NCBI GenBank assembly: GCA_958453305.1
Contig: CAUDXH010000003.1
Span: forward strand, 20,637 to 84,636
Length of the DNA: 64,000 nucleotides
Direction of reading: 5' to 3'
DNA from: an uncultured Bacteroides sp.
GTDB lineage: Bacteria > Bacteroidota > Bacteroidia > Bacteroidales > Bacteroidaceae
Shown: piece by piece, positions 1 to 11,600 of the stretch
How the letters are laid out: each line of letters opens with the position of its first letter
Position numbering within the stretch: position 1 is the first letter of the stretch
Notes under the pieces: generated by a model
Database searches by the model: none
Told to the model about the DNA's origin: nothing
The model's input: only the letters and a program-made list of their open reading frames with translations
Translations under genes and position numbers: made by a program

Positions 1-3000
1 CTAAAAGTCTGAGTGCTTCTTTCCCGTCGGTAGCGGTTAATACGGTATAAGTTGACTTGAAGTTTGACTGTAGGAAGTTCAACATATCCTCATTGTCTTC
101 TGCAATAAGCATAACAGGTAAAGTCTGTGAATCGGCAGACTCTATTTGTGTAGCGATAATATCTTCGGGTACATTCATACTTTCTGCCAATTGCATGGAG
201 TCTTTTTCTACGGTTTCCTGTTTTATGGGGAGGTGAATGCAGAAAGCGGAGCCTGTTCCGGGATGTGATTCTACTTCCACTTTTCCGTGGTGGGCTTCTA
301 CTATGCCTTTTACAATACTCAGCCCGATACCCGTACCCGGTTTATTCTCGGAAGCTTGGTAGAATGGCTTGAATATAAGTTTTAGTTCTTCTTCTTCCAT
401 GCCTTTCCCGTTATCAGTAACTTGGATGGAAAAAGTAGGATGGTTAGGCTGGTGAATAAATTTTACTTCCACTTTATCGGTCGTATATTTGTTGGCATTG
501 GTCAGCAGGTTACTTAATACTTTAGTCAAAGCCTCACGGTCAACGTCGGCTTTGAAATTATGTACCGGATAAGTGACAGACAGCGCAATGTTACGCTGTT
601 TCATTGAGGGCTGGAAACGCTCGCATACAGCTTGCATTAAGTTTTTGATATTCTGAGGCGAGAAATGCATCGTCATCTCATTTTGTTCTACTTTGCGGAA
701 GTCAAGCAGTTGGTTCACCAAATAGAGCAGACGCTGACTGTTTCTGTCAATGATTTCCAGGTCTTTACGTATTTGGATAGGCAAATCTAAAGTGGCTTGC
801 ATAATCTTTTCCAACGGACCGATAATCAAGGAAACTGGAGTACGTATCTCGTGTGCAATCATGGTAAAGAACTTTATTTTGGCTTCATGCATTTCTTTTT
901 CTTTGTTTGCATTGAGTTCGCTGATGGCAATGGCATGTTTTTTCTCACTCCGCTTGCTGACATAGCGTATGAGCATTGCTATGGCAAAGCAGAAGAGCAG
1001 GAAATAGAATATCTTAAAAGGAAGTGACAGATAGAAGGGAGGGTGTACGATGATGCGTATGGAAGTTCCCTGTTCATTCCAGATATTGTCATTATTTGAA
1101 GCCTTTACGCGGAACGTATAGGTGCCGGCAGCCAGATTGGTATAGGTGGTGTTGTGTTGCGAGTTGACAAAGTTCCATCTTTTGTCAAATCCTTCCAGCA
1201 TATAGGCATATTTGTTTTTCTGTGGAGTACAGTAGCTGAGGGCAGCATAACTTAAGGTGATAACGTTATGCTTATATGACAGGTGGATTTCATCTAAATG
1301 GTCAATAGATAGAGGTAAGATACCTTTCTCTTTCGTTTGGATATTTTGGTTGAAGATTTCCAGTCCGGTTAATACTACAGTAGGCTTCTGGGTATTCAGC
1401 TTAAGCTGGTGTGGATAAAATGTATTAAATCCGTTGATACTTCCTATGTAAAACTCCCCGTTGCGCGTTTTTAGTCCGGAGGCCATGATGAAAGCCTCAC
1501 TTTGTAGTCCGTCGCTTTTTGTGAAAATTTGTGTGGTCTGATTGGTGGGAATATATTTGACCAACCCTTTGGCTGTGGTAAGCCATAAGCAGTCTTCTCC
1601 TTCAAGGATAGTGTTGATACACTCATTTTGAAGACGGAGCGGCTGATATACGAAGCAATCATTTTCGGCTTGGTAGCAATAAAGTCCATCGGGTGTGGCA
1701 GCCCAAAGTCTCCGTTCTTTATCAATACACAGGTGATTGATGTTTGGATTACTGAATCCTTGTTCTTGGTCGTATTTTTTCCAAATATCTTTAAAGGGGT
1801 TATATTTAAAAACTCCTTTCCCTAATGTTGCTATCCATAAATTCCCTTTTACATCTTCCGTTATTTCAATGATGAGCGACTCTAATTCTTTCATGGATAT
1901 GAAACTGTCTTGCTCGCTGTCATAGCGGCAGATGCCAGACATGGAACCAGACCATATCGTACCATGGCTATCTTTGAAAATGGTATAAATGCTGGCATCG
2001 TCCAGACCGTCTTTCTGCGAATAAGTCTTGATGTGTCCGGTTTTCATGTTGAGAACGTGGATGCCGTTGCTGTACGTCCCAATCCACAGGTTGTTGTCTA
2101 TAGCGCAGAGTGCATGTATGTTTTCACTCTGTAGTTGTTTTCTTCCCGGAAAATCAGCAAACTCTCCGGTGGCAGGTGAAAAGCGGCTAAGTCCGTTATC
2201 ATCTGAGCCAATCCACACATACCCTTGTGCGTCTTCGCAGAAGCGGCTGATAATTTTGCTGTTGAACTGTAAATAATCTCCGTAAACCGGATAACCTTTG
2301 AATTGTCCGCAGTATGGTGGAAGATAGTTCACTCCGTTATAATAGGTTCCAATCCATACCCCTCCTTCCCGGTCTTTAATCATAGGATAAATAAACTTGC
2401 CTGAGAGCGCACCGCTTTCTTCTCCGTAATAGGTATGTAATTTACTTTCGTGCGTGAGCGTATTAAACAGCATGAGCCCGTCATCCGATCCGATAAAGAG
2501 AATATTGGGAGCATACTCCAGAATAGAATGAATGTGTGCCACAGCTTTCCCGCTTTCGGGAGTCAGGTACTTTTCCACCTTGCGTGTGTTTGGGTCCAGC
2601 TTCCATAATCCCTCTTTCCATGTTCCTATCCAAATTTGATGCATATTATCTTCCCAGAGAGCCATACTATAAACTCCATCCTCTTCACCTTCTATATAGA
2701 AAGCCTCAAATGTGTTGGTTACTTTATTCAAGCGGTATAAATTGTTCATACCGGTAGCCCATATATTGTTTTGCTCATCACTGAGAATACGTACGATATT
2801 TCCGTTACTTTGAGGAATAATAAACTGTATCAACTTGTTCGAGTTCGGATTATATTGAAAAACGCCCTGTTTTTGAGTGGCAATCCAGATGTTGTTTTCT
2901 TTGTCCGGAATGATATAATTAACCCATGAGTCTATTTTTACTCCTTGGTCTGTCTCTTGGTTAAAGAGTGCAAATTTATCTGCTTTCTGTTCATAGATAT

Positions 3001-3325
3001 AGATTCCGCATTCTGTTCCTACCCAAATTTCATTTTTTGGGGCTTCGCATAGTGTGCTGATCGTATTAAACTGAAAGTTCTGATAGAGTGGGTTTGACTT
3101 CTGATAGTATTTAAACTGTGTTCCGTCAAATCGGTTTAACCCGTTGTCCGTGCCAAACCAGATATATCCTTTGCTATCTTGTAAGATAGCAGCTATTCCA
3201 TTCGATGAAATTCCGTTTTCAATGCTATAATGCCGGAAGTGGAACTGCTCTGGTAAGATGGCATGTCCTGTGAGTGAGCTAAGAAAAATGAATAGTATAA
3301 AGAGGATTCTGATTGGCCTTTTCAT
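1..3325 (-). CDS. Hybrid two-component sensor/regulator (HTCS), partial, runs off the left edge
   Basis: Absent from the ORF track (no stop in window). Manual translation from ATG 3325: MKRPIRILFILFIFLSSLTGHA..FHFRHYSIENGISSN..ILQDSKGYIWFGTDNGLNRFDG (beta-propeller repeats), Y_Y_Y region (YTNLAAGTYTFRVKASNND), TM, HisKA (IAHEIRTPVSLI), HATPase (GTGIGLSIVK), receiver start (MLIAEDNEDM). Frame at both ends is consistent. Confidence 0.92.
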   Translation of the reverse strand, partial: MKRPIRILFILFIFLSSLTGHAILPEQFHFRHYSIENGISSNGIAAILQDSKGYIWFGTDNGLNRFDGTQFKYYQKSNPLYQNFQFNTISTLCEAPKNEIWVGTECGIYIYEQKADKFALFNQETDQGVKIDSWVNYIIPDKENNIWIATQKQGVFQYNPNSNKLIQFIIPQSNGNIVRILSDEQNNIWATGMNNLYRLNKVTNTFEAFYIEGEEDGVYSMALWEDNMHQIWIGTWKEGLWKLDPNTRKVEKYLTPESGKAVAHIHSILEYAPNILFIGSDDGLMLFNTLTHESKLHTYYGEESGALSGKFIYPMIKDREGGVWIGTYYNGVNYLPPYCGQFKGYPVYGDYLQFNSKIISRFCEDAQGYVWIGSDDNGLSRFSPATGEFADFPGRKQLQSENIHALCAIDNNLWIGTYSNGIHVLNMKTGHIKTYSQKDGLDDASIYTIFKDSHGTIWSGSMSGICRYDSEQDSFISMKELESLIIEITEDVKGNLWIATLGKGVFKYNPFKDIWKKYDQEQGFSNPNINHLCIDKERRLWAATPDGLYCYQAENDCFVYQPLRLQNECINTILEGEDCLWLTTAKGLVKYIPTNQTTQIFTKSDGLQSEAFIMASGLKTRNGEFYIGSINGFNTFYPHQLKLNTQKPTVVLTGLEIFNQNIQTKEKGILPLSIDHLDEIHLSYKHNVITLSYAALSYCTPQKNKYAYMLEGFDKRWNFVNSQHNTTYTNLAAGTYTFRVKASNNDNIWNEQGTSIRIIVHPPFYLSLPFKIFYFLLFCFAIAMLIRYVSKRSEKKHAIAISELNANKEKEMHEAKIKFFTMIAHEIRTPVSLIIGPLEKIMQATLDLPIQIRKDLEIIDRNSQRLLYLVNQLLDFRKVEQNEMTMHFSPQNIKNLMQAVCERFQPSMKQRNIALSVTYPVHNFKADVDREALTKVLSNLLTNANKYTTDKVEVKFIHQPNHPTFSIQVTDNGKGMEEEELKLIFKPFYQASENKPGTGIGLSIVKGIVEAHHGKVEVESHPGTGSAFCIHLPIKQETVEKDSMQLAESMNVPEDIIATQIESADSQTLPVMLIAEDNEDMLNFLQSNFKSTYTVLTATDGKEALRLL

Positions 3326-3390
3326 AAGAATATAGTTTGGGTCTTTAAATTTTATACAAAGTTGATAAAAAACTTTGAATGAGCCCTATG

Positions 3391-3423
3391 AAAATAATCC
3401 AATTTAGTATAAAAATAGTCCAA
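3391..3423 (-). promoter_or_regulatory. Putative AraC/HTCS operator, direct repeat with 21-bp period
   Basis: AAAATAATCCAA (3391) and AAAATAGTCCAA (3412); -7-like box CAACTTTG on minus at 3364-3357 upstream of the HTCS. Confidence 0.6.
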
Positions 3424-3594
3424 ATACGCTTTCTCTATTGTTAGAAAGCCTTCATATTTGTACGATATTTATATAAAGAAAGACTATAGTGAAAGGCTTT
3501 TATTTTGTTACTTCTTAATTTTGTTGAAAAGGAAAAGCGACATATTCCTATTGAAAATTTTATATGTGAAGTTTATAAATAAAAGATTCAAAAA

Positions 3595-5931
3595 ATGAAG
3601 AAACGTATTTGGTTAGCAGCTTTTATGGGATTGTGTCTGACGGATGCTTTTGCACAATATCCCGGACAGTCAGAGGCGTGTATGAAAGTACCTGTTCAGG
3701 TGCCTTTGAAAGCCTTGTCTTTTGATTATGCCGATGTCCGTTTACTTGACGGACCGTTTAAACGGGCTATGGAAGTGAATCAGCGGTGGCTGAAGGAAGC
3801 AGATGTGGAGCGATTTATGCACAATTACCGTGTTACTGCAGGGTTAAAGACCAATGCAGAAGCTTTTGGAGGATGGGAAGGGCTTGATGTGGAGTTACGT
3901 GGTCATTCTTTAGGGCATTTGCTGACTGCCCTTTCCGAGATGTATGCTTCTACGGGAGATGAATTATATAAGCAGAAGTGTAGTGCGTTTGTTGAGGCTT
4001 TGGCTGAATGCCAGCAGGCTTTGGATGCGGACGGATATTTAAGTGCCTTTCCTGAGCATCTGATAGACCGGGCTATAGAAGGAAAATCGGTATGGGCTCC
4101 TTGGTACACTCTCCATAAAATTTATGCAGGACTCCTTGATGCTTATTTGCTCTGTGATAACCGGCAGGCTTATGATGTGGTATCGAAAATGTGCGATTGG
4201 GCATATGGTAAATTAAAGCCTTTGAGCGACGATGATTTACAGCGTATGCTGCAATGTGAGTTTGGCGGTATGTCTGAGTTCTTTTACAATATGTATGCCG
4301 TATCGGGCAACCTTCATCATAAGGAACTGGGCGACAAGTTTTATCATAAAGTAATACTTAATCCACTCTTGGAAGGTGAAGATAAGCTAGGGGGAACTCA
4401 TGCCAATACGCAGATACCCAAAGCGGTGGGAGAGGCTCGCGGTTATGAAGTAACGGGAGAACAGCGGCATCATGACATCGCAGAATTTTTCTGGCATACG
4501 GTTTTGAAAAACCATACTTATGTAACCGGAGGAAACAGTGACAGTGAGTATTTCGGACAGCCGGGTAAATTGTCTGAACGCTTAGGACAGAACACCACGG
4601 AAACTTGTAATACGTATAACATGCTGAAGCTTACCCGTCATCTGTTTACATGGGATGCTTTGCCCGGTTATGCCGATTATTATGAACGGGCATTATATAA
4701 CCATATTCTTTCTTCCCAGAATCCGGAAACGGGTGGGGTCACTTATTTTCATACACTTCATCCGGGTAGTGCGAAAGATTTCCATATGCCGTTTATTGCC
4801 CATACGTGTTGTGTCGGGACTGGTTATGAAAACCATTCCAAGTATGGTGAAGCCATTTATTACCGTACCTCGGATGATAAAGGATTATATGTAAACTTAT
4901 TCATTGCTTCGGTATTAGAATGGAAAGAAAAAGGGCTTAAGTTACGTCAGGAAACGTCTTTCCCCGAAGAGTCGTCTACTTGTTTGACCGTATCAGCTGA
5001 AACTCCGGTAGACTTGACACTTCATCTGCGTTATCCGGTGTGGGCTGTTGATGGAGTAGAGGTGAAAGTGAATGGAAAAAAGGTGGCAGTTCGTACCAAG
5101 CCTTCCAGTTATATCAGTTTAAAACGCACTTGGAAAGAAGGAGATATAATTGAAATGGAAATGCCGATGAGGCTGCATACGGAATTTATGCCTGATAATC
5201 CTTCAAAAGGAGCCATTCTGTACGGTCCGATAGTGCTGGCAGCCGAACTGGGAGCAGATGATATTGATGATACGTTTGGAGTACCTGTTTTTGTTAATCC
5301 GGATAAGAAGTTGGAAAAATGGATTAAGCCGGTGGAAGGTAAATCAATAACCTTCCGTACAGTGGGAGTGGGGCGTCCTGAAGAAGCTCTGTTGAGTCCT
5401 TTATATAAGATATACAATCAGCGTTATGCGGCTTATTTTGATTTCTTTACCGAGGAAGACTGGACTCATAAACAGAAGGAATATAAAAAGCGGTTACAAG
5501 AAGAAAAGGATATTGCAGCCCGTACCATTGACTGGGTAGGTATTGGTGAACACCAGTCGGAACGCGATCATTTGGTTGAAAGTAAAATCAGTTATGTGTA
5601 TAATCAGGGTGGACGTATGGGACGTGATGTGCGAGCTGAAGGATTTTTGCATTATCAGGTAGCTGTTGCTCCAGAAGGTAATAATGAACTGATGTTAACC
5701 TTTTGGGGAAGTGACAGTGGACATTTGCAATTTGATGTGCTGATTGATGGTAAAGTCATGACGAACATTACAGTAACTGATGAGAAGCCCGGTTCATTCT
5801 ATAATCGTTTCTTTACTATACCGAATGAGATGGTTCAGGGAAAAGAAAATGTAAGAATCTCTTTTATCCCTACTCCTGGTAATCGGGCTGGAATTATCTA
5901 TGGTTTGCGTACTTTGCATTCAAATAAATAG
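3595..5931 (+). CDS. Beta-L-arabinofuranosidase, GH146-like (GH127/DUF1680 superfamily)
   Basis: Signal peptide; GGWE, LRGHSLGH, WAPWYTLHK, EFGGM, HANTQIPK, ETCNTYNMLKL, CCVGTG (Zn/Cys nucleophile motifs); extra C-terminal beta-sandwich. Confidence 0.88.
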   Translation: MKKRIWLAAFMGLCLTDAFAQYPGQSEACMKVPVQVPLKALSFDYADVRLLDGPFKRAMEVNQRWLKEADVERFMHNYRVTAGLKTNAEAFGGWEGLDVELRGHSLGHLLTALSEMYASTGDELYKQKCSAFVEALAECQQALDADGYLSAFPEHLIDRAIEGKSVWAPWYTLHKIYAGLLDAYLLCDNRQAYDVVSKMCDWAYGKLKPLSDDDLQRMLQCEFGGMSEFFYNMYAVSGNLHHKELGDKFYHKVILNPLLEGEDKLGGTHANTQIPKAVGEARGYEVTGEQRHHDIAEFFWHTVLKNHTYVTGGNSDSEYFGQPGKLSERLGQNTTETCNTYNMLKLTRHLFTWDALPGYADYYERALYNHILSSQNPETGGVTYFHTLHPGSAKDFHMPFIAHTCCVGTGYENHSKYGEAIYYRTSDDKGLYVNLFIASVLEWKEKGLKLRQETSFPEESSTCLTVSAETPVDLTLHLRYPVWAVDGVEVKVNGKKVAVRTKPSSYISLKRTWKEGDIIEMEMPMRLHTEFMPDNPSKGAILYGPIVLAAELGADDIDDTFGVPVFVNPDKKLEKWIKPVEGKSITFRTVGVGRPEEALLSPLYKIYNQRYAAYFDFFTEEDWTHKQKEYKKRLQEEKDIAARTIDWVGIGEHQSERDHLVESKISYVYNQGGRMGRDVRAEGFLHYQVAVAPEGNNELMLTFWGSDSGHLQFDVLIDGKVMTNITVTDEKPGSFYNRFFTIPNEMVQGKENVRISFIPTPGNRAGIIYGLRTLHSNK

Positions 5932-5942
5932 GCGATTGGGAA

Positions 5943-6104
5943 TATAAAAATAGTCCAAAAGAATATAACAAAAGTCCATATGGTGTTTATAGTGTGTTAA
6001 TAATCAGTCTTTTAATTGAAAATAAGGAAGATGGGTTATTCGACTATTTTTATAGTAGTATGGACTTTCTTGCTATTCTTTATTAGTATTTTCATCTACA
6101 TTTG
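5943..6104 (+). promoter_or_regulatory. Promoter region with two pairs of 21-bp-spaced operator half-sites and a TACATTTG -7 box
   Basis: AAAATAGTCCAA (5947)/ACAAAAGTCCAT (5968); oppositely oriented TTCGACTATTTT (6039)/ATGGACTTTCT (6060); TAnnTTTG at 6097-6104. Confidence 0.6.
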
Positions 6105-6131
6105 TACCTGAACGAAAAAGAATAATGTGAT

Positions 6132-8570
6132 ATGAAGAACAAAGTTTTAGTATTAATAAGTGGATTAGTTGTGTTGGGCACTTCATCTTGTACCCGGACA
6201 ACCTATAATCAGCCGGATGCACCGATTCAAGAGGTGCCATTTACACAGGTTCACATAAACGATCAGTTTTGGACCCCTCGTATAGAGACCAATCGCACCG
6301 TATCTATTCCTTCTGCATTTAAAGAATGTGAGAAAAACGGTCGTTTCGATAATTTTGCCATAGCGGGCGGTTTGAAAAAAGGTGAGCATCGTGGTGACTT
6401 TTCTTTTGATGACACCGATCCTTATAAGGTAATTGAGGGGGCTTCTTATTCATTGGCGGTAAAGTATGACCCGAAACTGGATCATTATCTGGATAGTGTC
6501 ATTACGATTATTGCAGCTGCTCAGGAGCCGGATGGTTATTTGACTACTTGTGTTACTAACAAGTGTTATCGTCTTTCCGGCTGGTGGGGCCGTTCGAAGT
6601 GGGAGCGTCTGAACAGCCATGAATTATATAACAGCGGTCATTTATACGAAGCAGCTGTGGCTCATTATCGTGCAACAGGCAAGCGCACGCTTCTTGATGT
6701 CGCTATTAAGAATGCTGATCTGGTATGTAAAGTTTTTGGTCCGGAGGAAGGTCAGAAGCACGTACCGTCAGGTCATCCTATCGTAGAAATGGCATTGGCA
6801 AAACTCTATAAGGTGACGGGAAATGAAAAATATCTGGCTATGGCCAAGTACTTCGTAGAGGAGACAGGTCGCGGAACCGATGGTCATAAACTGAATGAAT
6901 ACAGCCAGGACCATATGCCTATTCTGCAGCAAGAGGAGATAGTAGGTCATGCTGTGCGTGCCGGTTACCTTTATTCCGGTGTAGCCGATGTGGCTGCGCT
7001 GACCAATGATACGGCTTATTTCAATGCACTGACCCGTTTGTGGGACAACTTAGTCAGTAAAAAGCTTTATATAACTGGAGGTATGGGATCACGTGCTCAG
7101 GGTGAAGGTTTCGGTCCCAATTATGAGTTACAGAATCATACTGCCTATTGCGAGACTTGTGCGGCAATCGCCAATGTGTATTGGAATTACCGTATGTTCC
7201 TTGCAACCGGTGAATCCAAGTACATGGATGTACTTGAGCGGGCTTTATATAACGGGGTTATCTCGGGTGTATCTTTAAGCGGCGACAAGTTCTTCTATGA
7301 CAATCCACTGGAATCTATGGGCGAACATGAACGTCAGCGTTGGTTCGGTTGTGCATGCTGTCCGGGTAATGTAACCCGTTTTGTTGCTTCTGTTCCGAAT
7401 TATGCGTATGCCACTCAGCAGAACGATATTTACGTTAATCTTTATATTCAGGGCAAGGCTGAAATGCAGCTTGCCGATAATAAGGTTTCTCTTGAACAGA
7501 CAACAGACTATCCGTGGAACGGAAAAATTTCCATCAAGGTAACTCCTGAAAAAGAAGGAGAGTTTGCGGTTCGTCTGCGTGTTCCGGGATGGGCAAAATC
7601 GGCTCCGGTGGCATCCGATCTTTATGCTTATACCGATGCAGCAAAGAAATATACGCTAAAAGTGAATGGCTCTTCTGTTCAGCCGGCAACAGGCGATGGT
7701 TATGAAACAATCGTCCGTACATGGAAGGCGGGTGATGTGATTGAATTTGATTTACCGATGGATGTACGTCGTATTAAAGCAAATGCAAACGTAGAGGTAG
7801 ATAAAGGCATGCTGGCATTGGAACGCGGTCCGATTATGTTCTGCCTTGAGGGCAAGGACCAGCCCGACAGTACTGTATTCAATAAATTCATACCTTCTGG
7901 TACTCCGATAGAAGCCACTTTCGAATCAGACTTGCTGAATGGTGTAATGGTACTGAGTGGTATGGCCAAAGAAGTGGCTCAAGACGGTTCTGTTAAGGAC
8001 GTTCCGTTTAAGGCAATTCCTTATTCAACTTGGAATAACCGTGGTGCTGACCAGATGGAAGTTTGGATTCCGGAATCGAAAGAATATGCTACTCCAACTC
8101 CGGCTCCGACCATTGCCTCAAAAGCAAAGACCTTTACCATTCAGGCTCCTATCCAGAAGGATGCTCCCGAATCGGCTTCTATCGTGTCTTATGCGTGGGG
8201 TGTGAACGATCAGTGGGAACCTAAACGTTCGTCTGATACCTCAAAGCCCTATCATTACTGGTGGTTGAAGAACGGTACGAAAGAAACTTTGGCTTATGAA
8301 TTCGATCAACCTTATACCGTATCTTCCGTACAGGTTTACTGGCTGGATTTCGACCACTATGACGGTGATTTCCGTGTTCCTCAGAATTGGAAACTATATT
8401 ATAAAGCAGGTAAATCTTGGAAGGAAGTTGATGCCCAAAATGAATATGGCATAAAGAAAGACTGTTATAATACCTTGAACTTTACTCCGGTTAAGACAAC
8501 CGGCTTGAAAATAGAAGCCCAGCTTCAAAAAGGAGTATCAGGAGGTATTATAGAATGGAAAGTAAACTAA
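6132..8570 (+). CDS. GH127 beta-L-arabinofuranosidase (HypBA1-like), lipoprotein, with C-terminal discoidin/F5-8-like domain
   Basis: Lipobox GTSSC; FDDTDPYK, HELYNSGHLYEAA, GHAVRAGYLY, YCETCAA, WFGCACCPGN. Confidence 0.92.
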   Translation: MKNKVLVLISGLVVLGTSSCTRTTYNQPDAPIQEVPFTQVHINDQFWTPRIETNRTVSIPSAFKECEKNGRFDNFAIAGGLKKGEHRGDFSFDDTDPYKVIEGASYSLAVKYDPKLDHYLDSVITIIAAAQEPDGYLTTCVTNKCYRLSGWWGRSKWERLNSHELYNSGHLYEAAVAHYRATGKRTLLDVAIKNADLVCKVFGPEEGQKHVPSGHPIVEMALAKLYKVTGNEKYLAMAKYFVEETGRGTDGHKLNEYSQDHMPILQQEEIVGHAVRAGYLYSGVADVAALTNDTAYFNALTRLWDNLVSKKLYITGGMGSRAQGEGFGPNYELQNHTAYCETCAAIANVYWNYRMFLATGESKYMDVLERALYNGVISGVSLSGDKFFYDNPLESMGEHERQRWFGCACCPGNVTRFVASVPNYAYATQQNDIYVNLYIQGKAEMQLADNKVSLEQTTDYPWNGKISIKVTPEKEGEFAVRLRVPGWAKSAPVASDLYAYTDAAKKYTLKVNGSSVQPATGDGYETIVRTWKAGDVIEFDLPMDVRRIKANANVEVDKGMLALERGPIMFCLEGKDQPDSTVFNKFIPSGTPIEATFESDLLNGVMVLSGMAKEVAQDGSVKDVPFKAIPYSTWNNRGADQMEVWIPESKEYATPTPAPTIASKAKTFTIQAPIQKDAPESASIVSYAWGVNDQWEPKRSSDTSKPYHYWWLKNGTKETLAYEFDQPYTVSSVQVYWLDFDHYDGDFRVPQNWKLYYKAGKSWKEVDAQNEYGIKKDCYNTLNFTPVKTTGLKIEAQLQKGVSGGIIEWKVN

Positions 8571-8613
8571 CAAAGAGATAATAGCTATTTATTAACCTTT
8601 AAATACAAACGAA

Positions 8614-11600
8614 ATGGATACACATTTAAATCGCGTATTGTTTAGTCGCGCATTTGTGAAAATGGCAGCGTGTGCCGTTCTTTCTGCAGGGTGCTTGCCT
8701 ATGGCAGCTTATGCAGTATCGGACGAAGTAAATGCCGTACAGATGGTTCAGCAGCAAAAGACCATAACCGGTCAGGTTGTTGATTCAAAGGGAGAAACCA
8801 TTATTGGTGCAAACGTTATGGAAAAAGGTACTACCAATGGTACCATAACCGATTTTGATGGAAATTTTACGTTAAGTGTTTCTTCAAAGGCCACTTTGGT
8901 GATTTCTTATATTGGTTATAAGAGCGTAGAACTTCCTGCTTCTGCATTGAAGTCAGGAATGAAGGTCACTTTGAAGGAAGATACAGAGGTGATGGACGAA
9001 GTAGTTGTAATTGGTTACGGAACTCAGCGTAAAGGAGATGTGACCAGTGCAATTGCTTCTGTAAAGGCGGAAGACTTTACAATCGGTAAAGTGGGTGATG
9101 CAGCCGATTTGATTAAAGGTAAAGTTGCCGGTTTGAGTATTGCAAAAGGTTCTGGTGACCCGAATGCGACTTCTACTATCCGTTTGCGTGGCGTTATCTC
9201 TGTAAATGGTAGTACGACTCCCTTGGTATTGGTTGATGGTGTAGAAGGAGACTTGAGTACGGTCGCTCCAGAAAACATTGAGTCAATCGATGTATTGAAA
9301 GATGCTTCGGCAGCTGCAATCTATGGTACACGTGGTGCAAACGGTGTGATTCTTATTACTACGAAGACCGGTAAGCGTGAATCTCATACCACTGCTTCTT
9401 ATTCGGGATACGTTTCAGCTTCTATGTTTGGTAAGAAACTGGACTTTATGGATGCATCGGATGTACGTGCCGGAAAGACGAACTTTACTGATAAAGGATA
9501 TGATACCGACTGGTTGGATGCTATCAGTCGTACAGGCTTTACCCACAATCATAACTTTAATATAACTGGTGGTACAGAGAAAACGGTTTATTCGGCAGAC
9601 TTTACTTACCGTAAGGAAGACGGTGTGATTATGAACACCTATGCTGAAGATATGCGTATGCGTTTTGATATATCTCACTGGATGCTGAACGATATGTTGA
9701 AGGTAAACTTGAACATTGTGAAGAAGTGGCATGAACACAGTGCACAAAATGTAACAGCATCCGATGGCTCGAATACCTCATATTCAGCCTATCGCCAAGC
9801 CATTGCCCGTAACCCGAGTGCACCTATTTATAATGAAGATGGTTCCTATAATGAAGATTTTGGAGTGAACTATTATTATAATCCGGTAGGAATGTTGGAA
9901 GAGCGTTTGGGTAATTATTCTTCTGAGGAAACTCGTGCAACCGGAAACATTACTTTTGAACCGATAAAGGGATGGCAGACGAATTTGATGTTGTCAACCA
10001 GCCGTTTCGATTCTCATGATAAAGGATTTAATACGAGTGACTATTATGGCAATAAACTAAGTCAATATAAAGGTTATGCTTATCATACGAACGATGACAG
10101 CCGTACCGATAATTTGGAAATCACTTCAAAGTATGACTTGAATATCAAAAAGCATCGTATGAATGCCATGGTAGGTTACAGCTATCAGTATTACAAATGG
10201 GAGCGGAACTATGCCAATAACTACAATTTCCCGACAGACTTCTTCCAATGGAATAACTTGGGTATCGGTCAGGCTCTGAAAGAAGGTAAGGCGGGTATGG
10301 GAAGTGATGCGAATGAAAATACCTTGATTGGTTTCTTTGCTCGTGTAAGTTATGCATACGATAATCGTTACAACCTCTTGGTGAGTGTACGTCGTGAAGG
10401 ATCTTCTAAGTTTGGTGAAAACAACAAGTGGGGTACTTTCCCATCGGCTTCTTTGGGATGGACCATCAGCAATGAAGAGTTTATGAAAGGGCTTACTTGG
10501 TTGAATAACTTGAAACTTCGTGCCGGATTCGGTATTACTGGAGTGATTCCCAATTACTCATATATTTCATTGACCAAATATAAATATGGAAATTCCTATT
10601 ATTATAACAATGGTACGTGGCTGCCGGGATTAGAAGTTGATTCAAATCCGAACCCTGATTTGAGATGGGAAAAATCTACCGAGTTTAATATCGGTTTAGA
10701 CTGGAGTGTATTAGATGACCGTTTGGGAGGTTCTATTGATTTATATACCAAGAAAACCACCGACTTGCTCTTTGAATATACTGTACCTACGCCTCCAAAC
10801 TTGAAGAATACAACGCTGGCTAATGCCGGTTCTGTTCGTAATCAGGGTATCGAGGTCGCTATTAATGCAGTCCCTGTCCGTACGAAAGGTTTTGAATGGA
10901 AAACCGTTGTAACGGTAGCGGCTAACAAAAATGAATTGTTGAGCTTGTCTAATGATATGTATGAGTCCAACAGTTTTAAAGATGTCGGAGGATTGGGAGA
11001 ACCCATTAGCATCTCTACTCATCGTATGGAAGAAGGTCGTCCTTTAGGACAATTCTATGGATTGAAATCGGTAGGTGTTTCTGAAAATGGTTTGTTCTTG
11101 ATTGAAAAGCCGGATGGTGAAGTCGTAGAATTTTCTAACGACCAGTTGAAAAACGATGAGTATCGTCAGTATTTAGGTAACGGGCTTCCGAAAGTAACTT
11201 TGGGATGGACCAATAACCTTACTTACAAAAACTGGGATTTAAGCATGCAGTTCACCAGCCAGTTAGGATTTAAGATTTTGAACGAGCCTCGTGCTTTCTA
11301 TGAAAATAACTCAATGGCATATAACCGTTTGAAATCGGTGGACGAAGCACCTTATGGCGGACAATATAAATTATCTTCCGCTCAGCCGCAGACCTTTGTC
11401 AGCTATTATCTGGAAAATGGTAATTTCTTGAAACTGACAAACTTGACCATTGGTTATACTTTCCCGATGGCTAAAAACAACAAGTGGATTAAAGGTGTAC
11501 GTGCGTATGCATCAGGTGATAACCTGTTCTGTATTACAGGCTATTCAGGTCTTGATCCGGAATTGTCGAACTATTATCCTACCTCTGCAGGTATTGATGC

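Noticed and set aside
750..2757. Short ORFs in the track within 1-3.3 kb
   Set aside because: All overlap the minus-strand HTCS gene, which the track omits because its stop lies outside the window.
5943..6071. Invertible (phase-variable) promoter
   Set aside because: The inverted matches are imperfect and the -7 box lies outside them; no recombinase nearby; 21-bp periodicity fits operators better.
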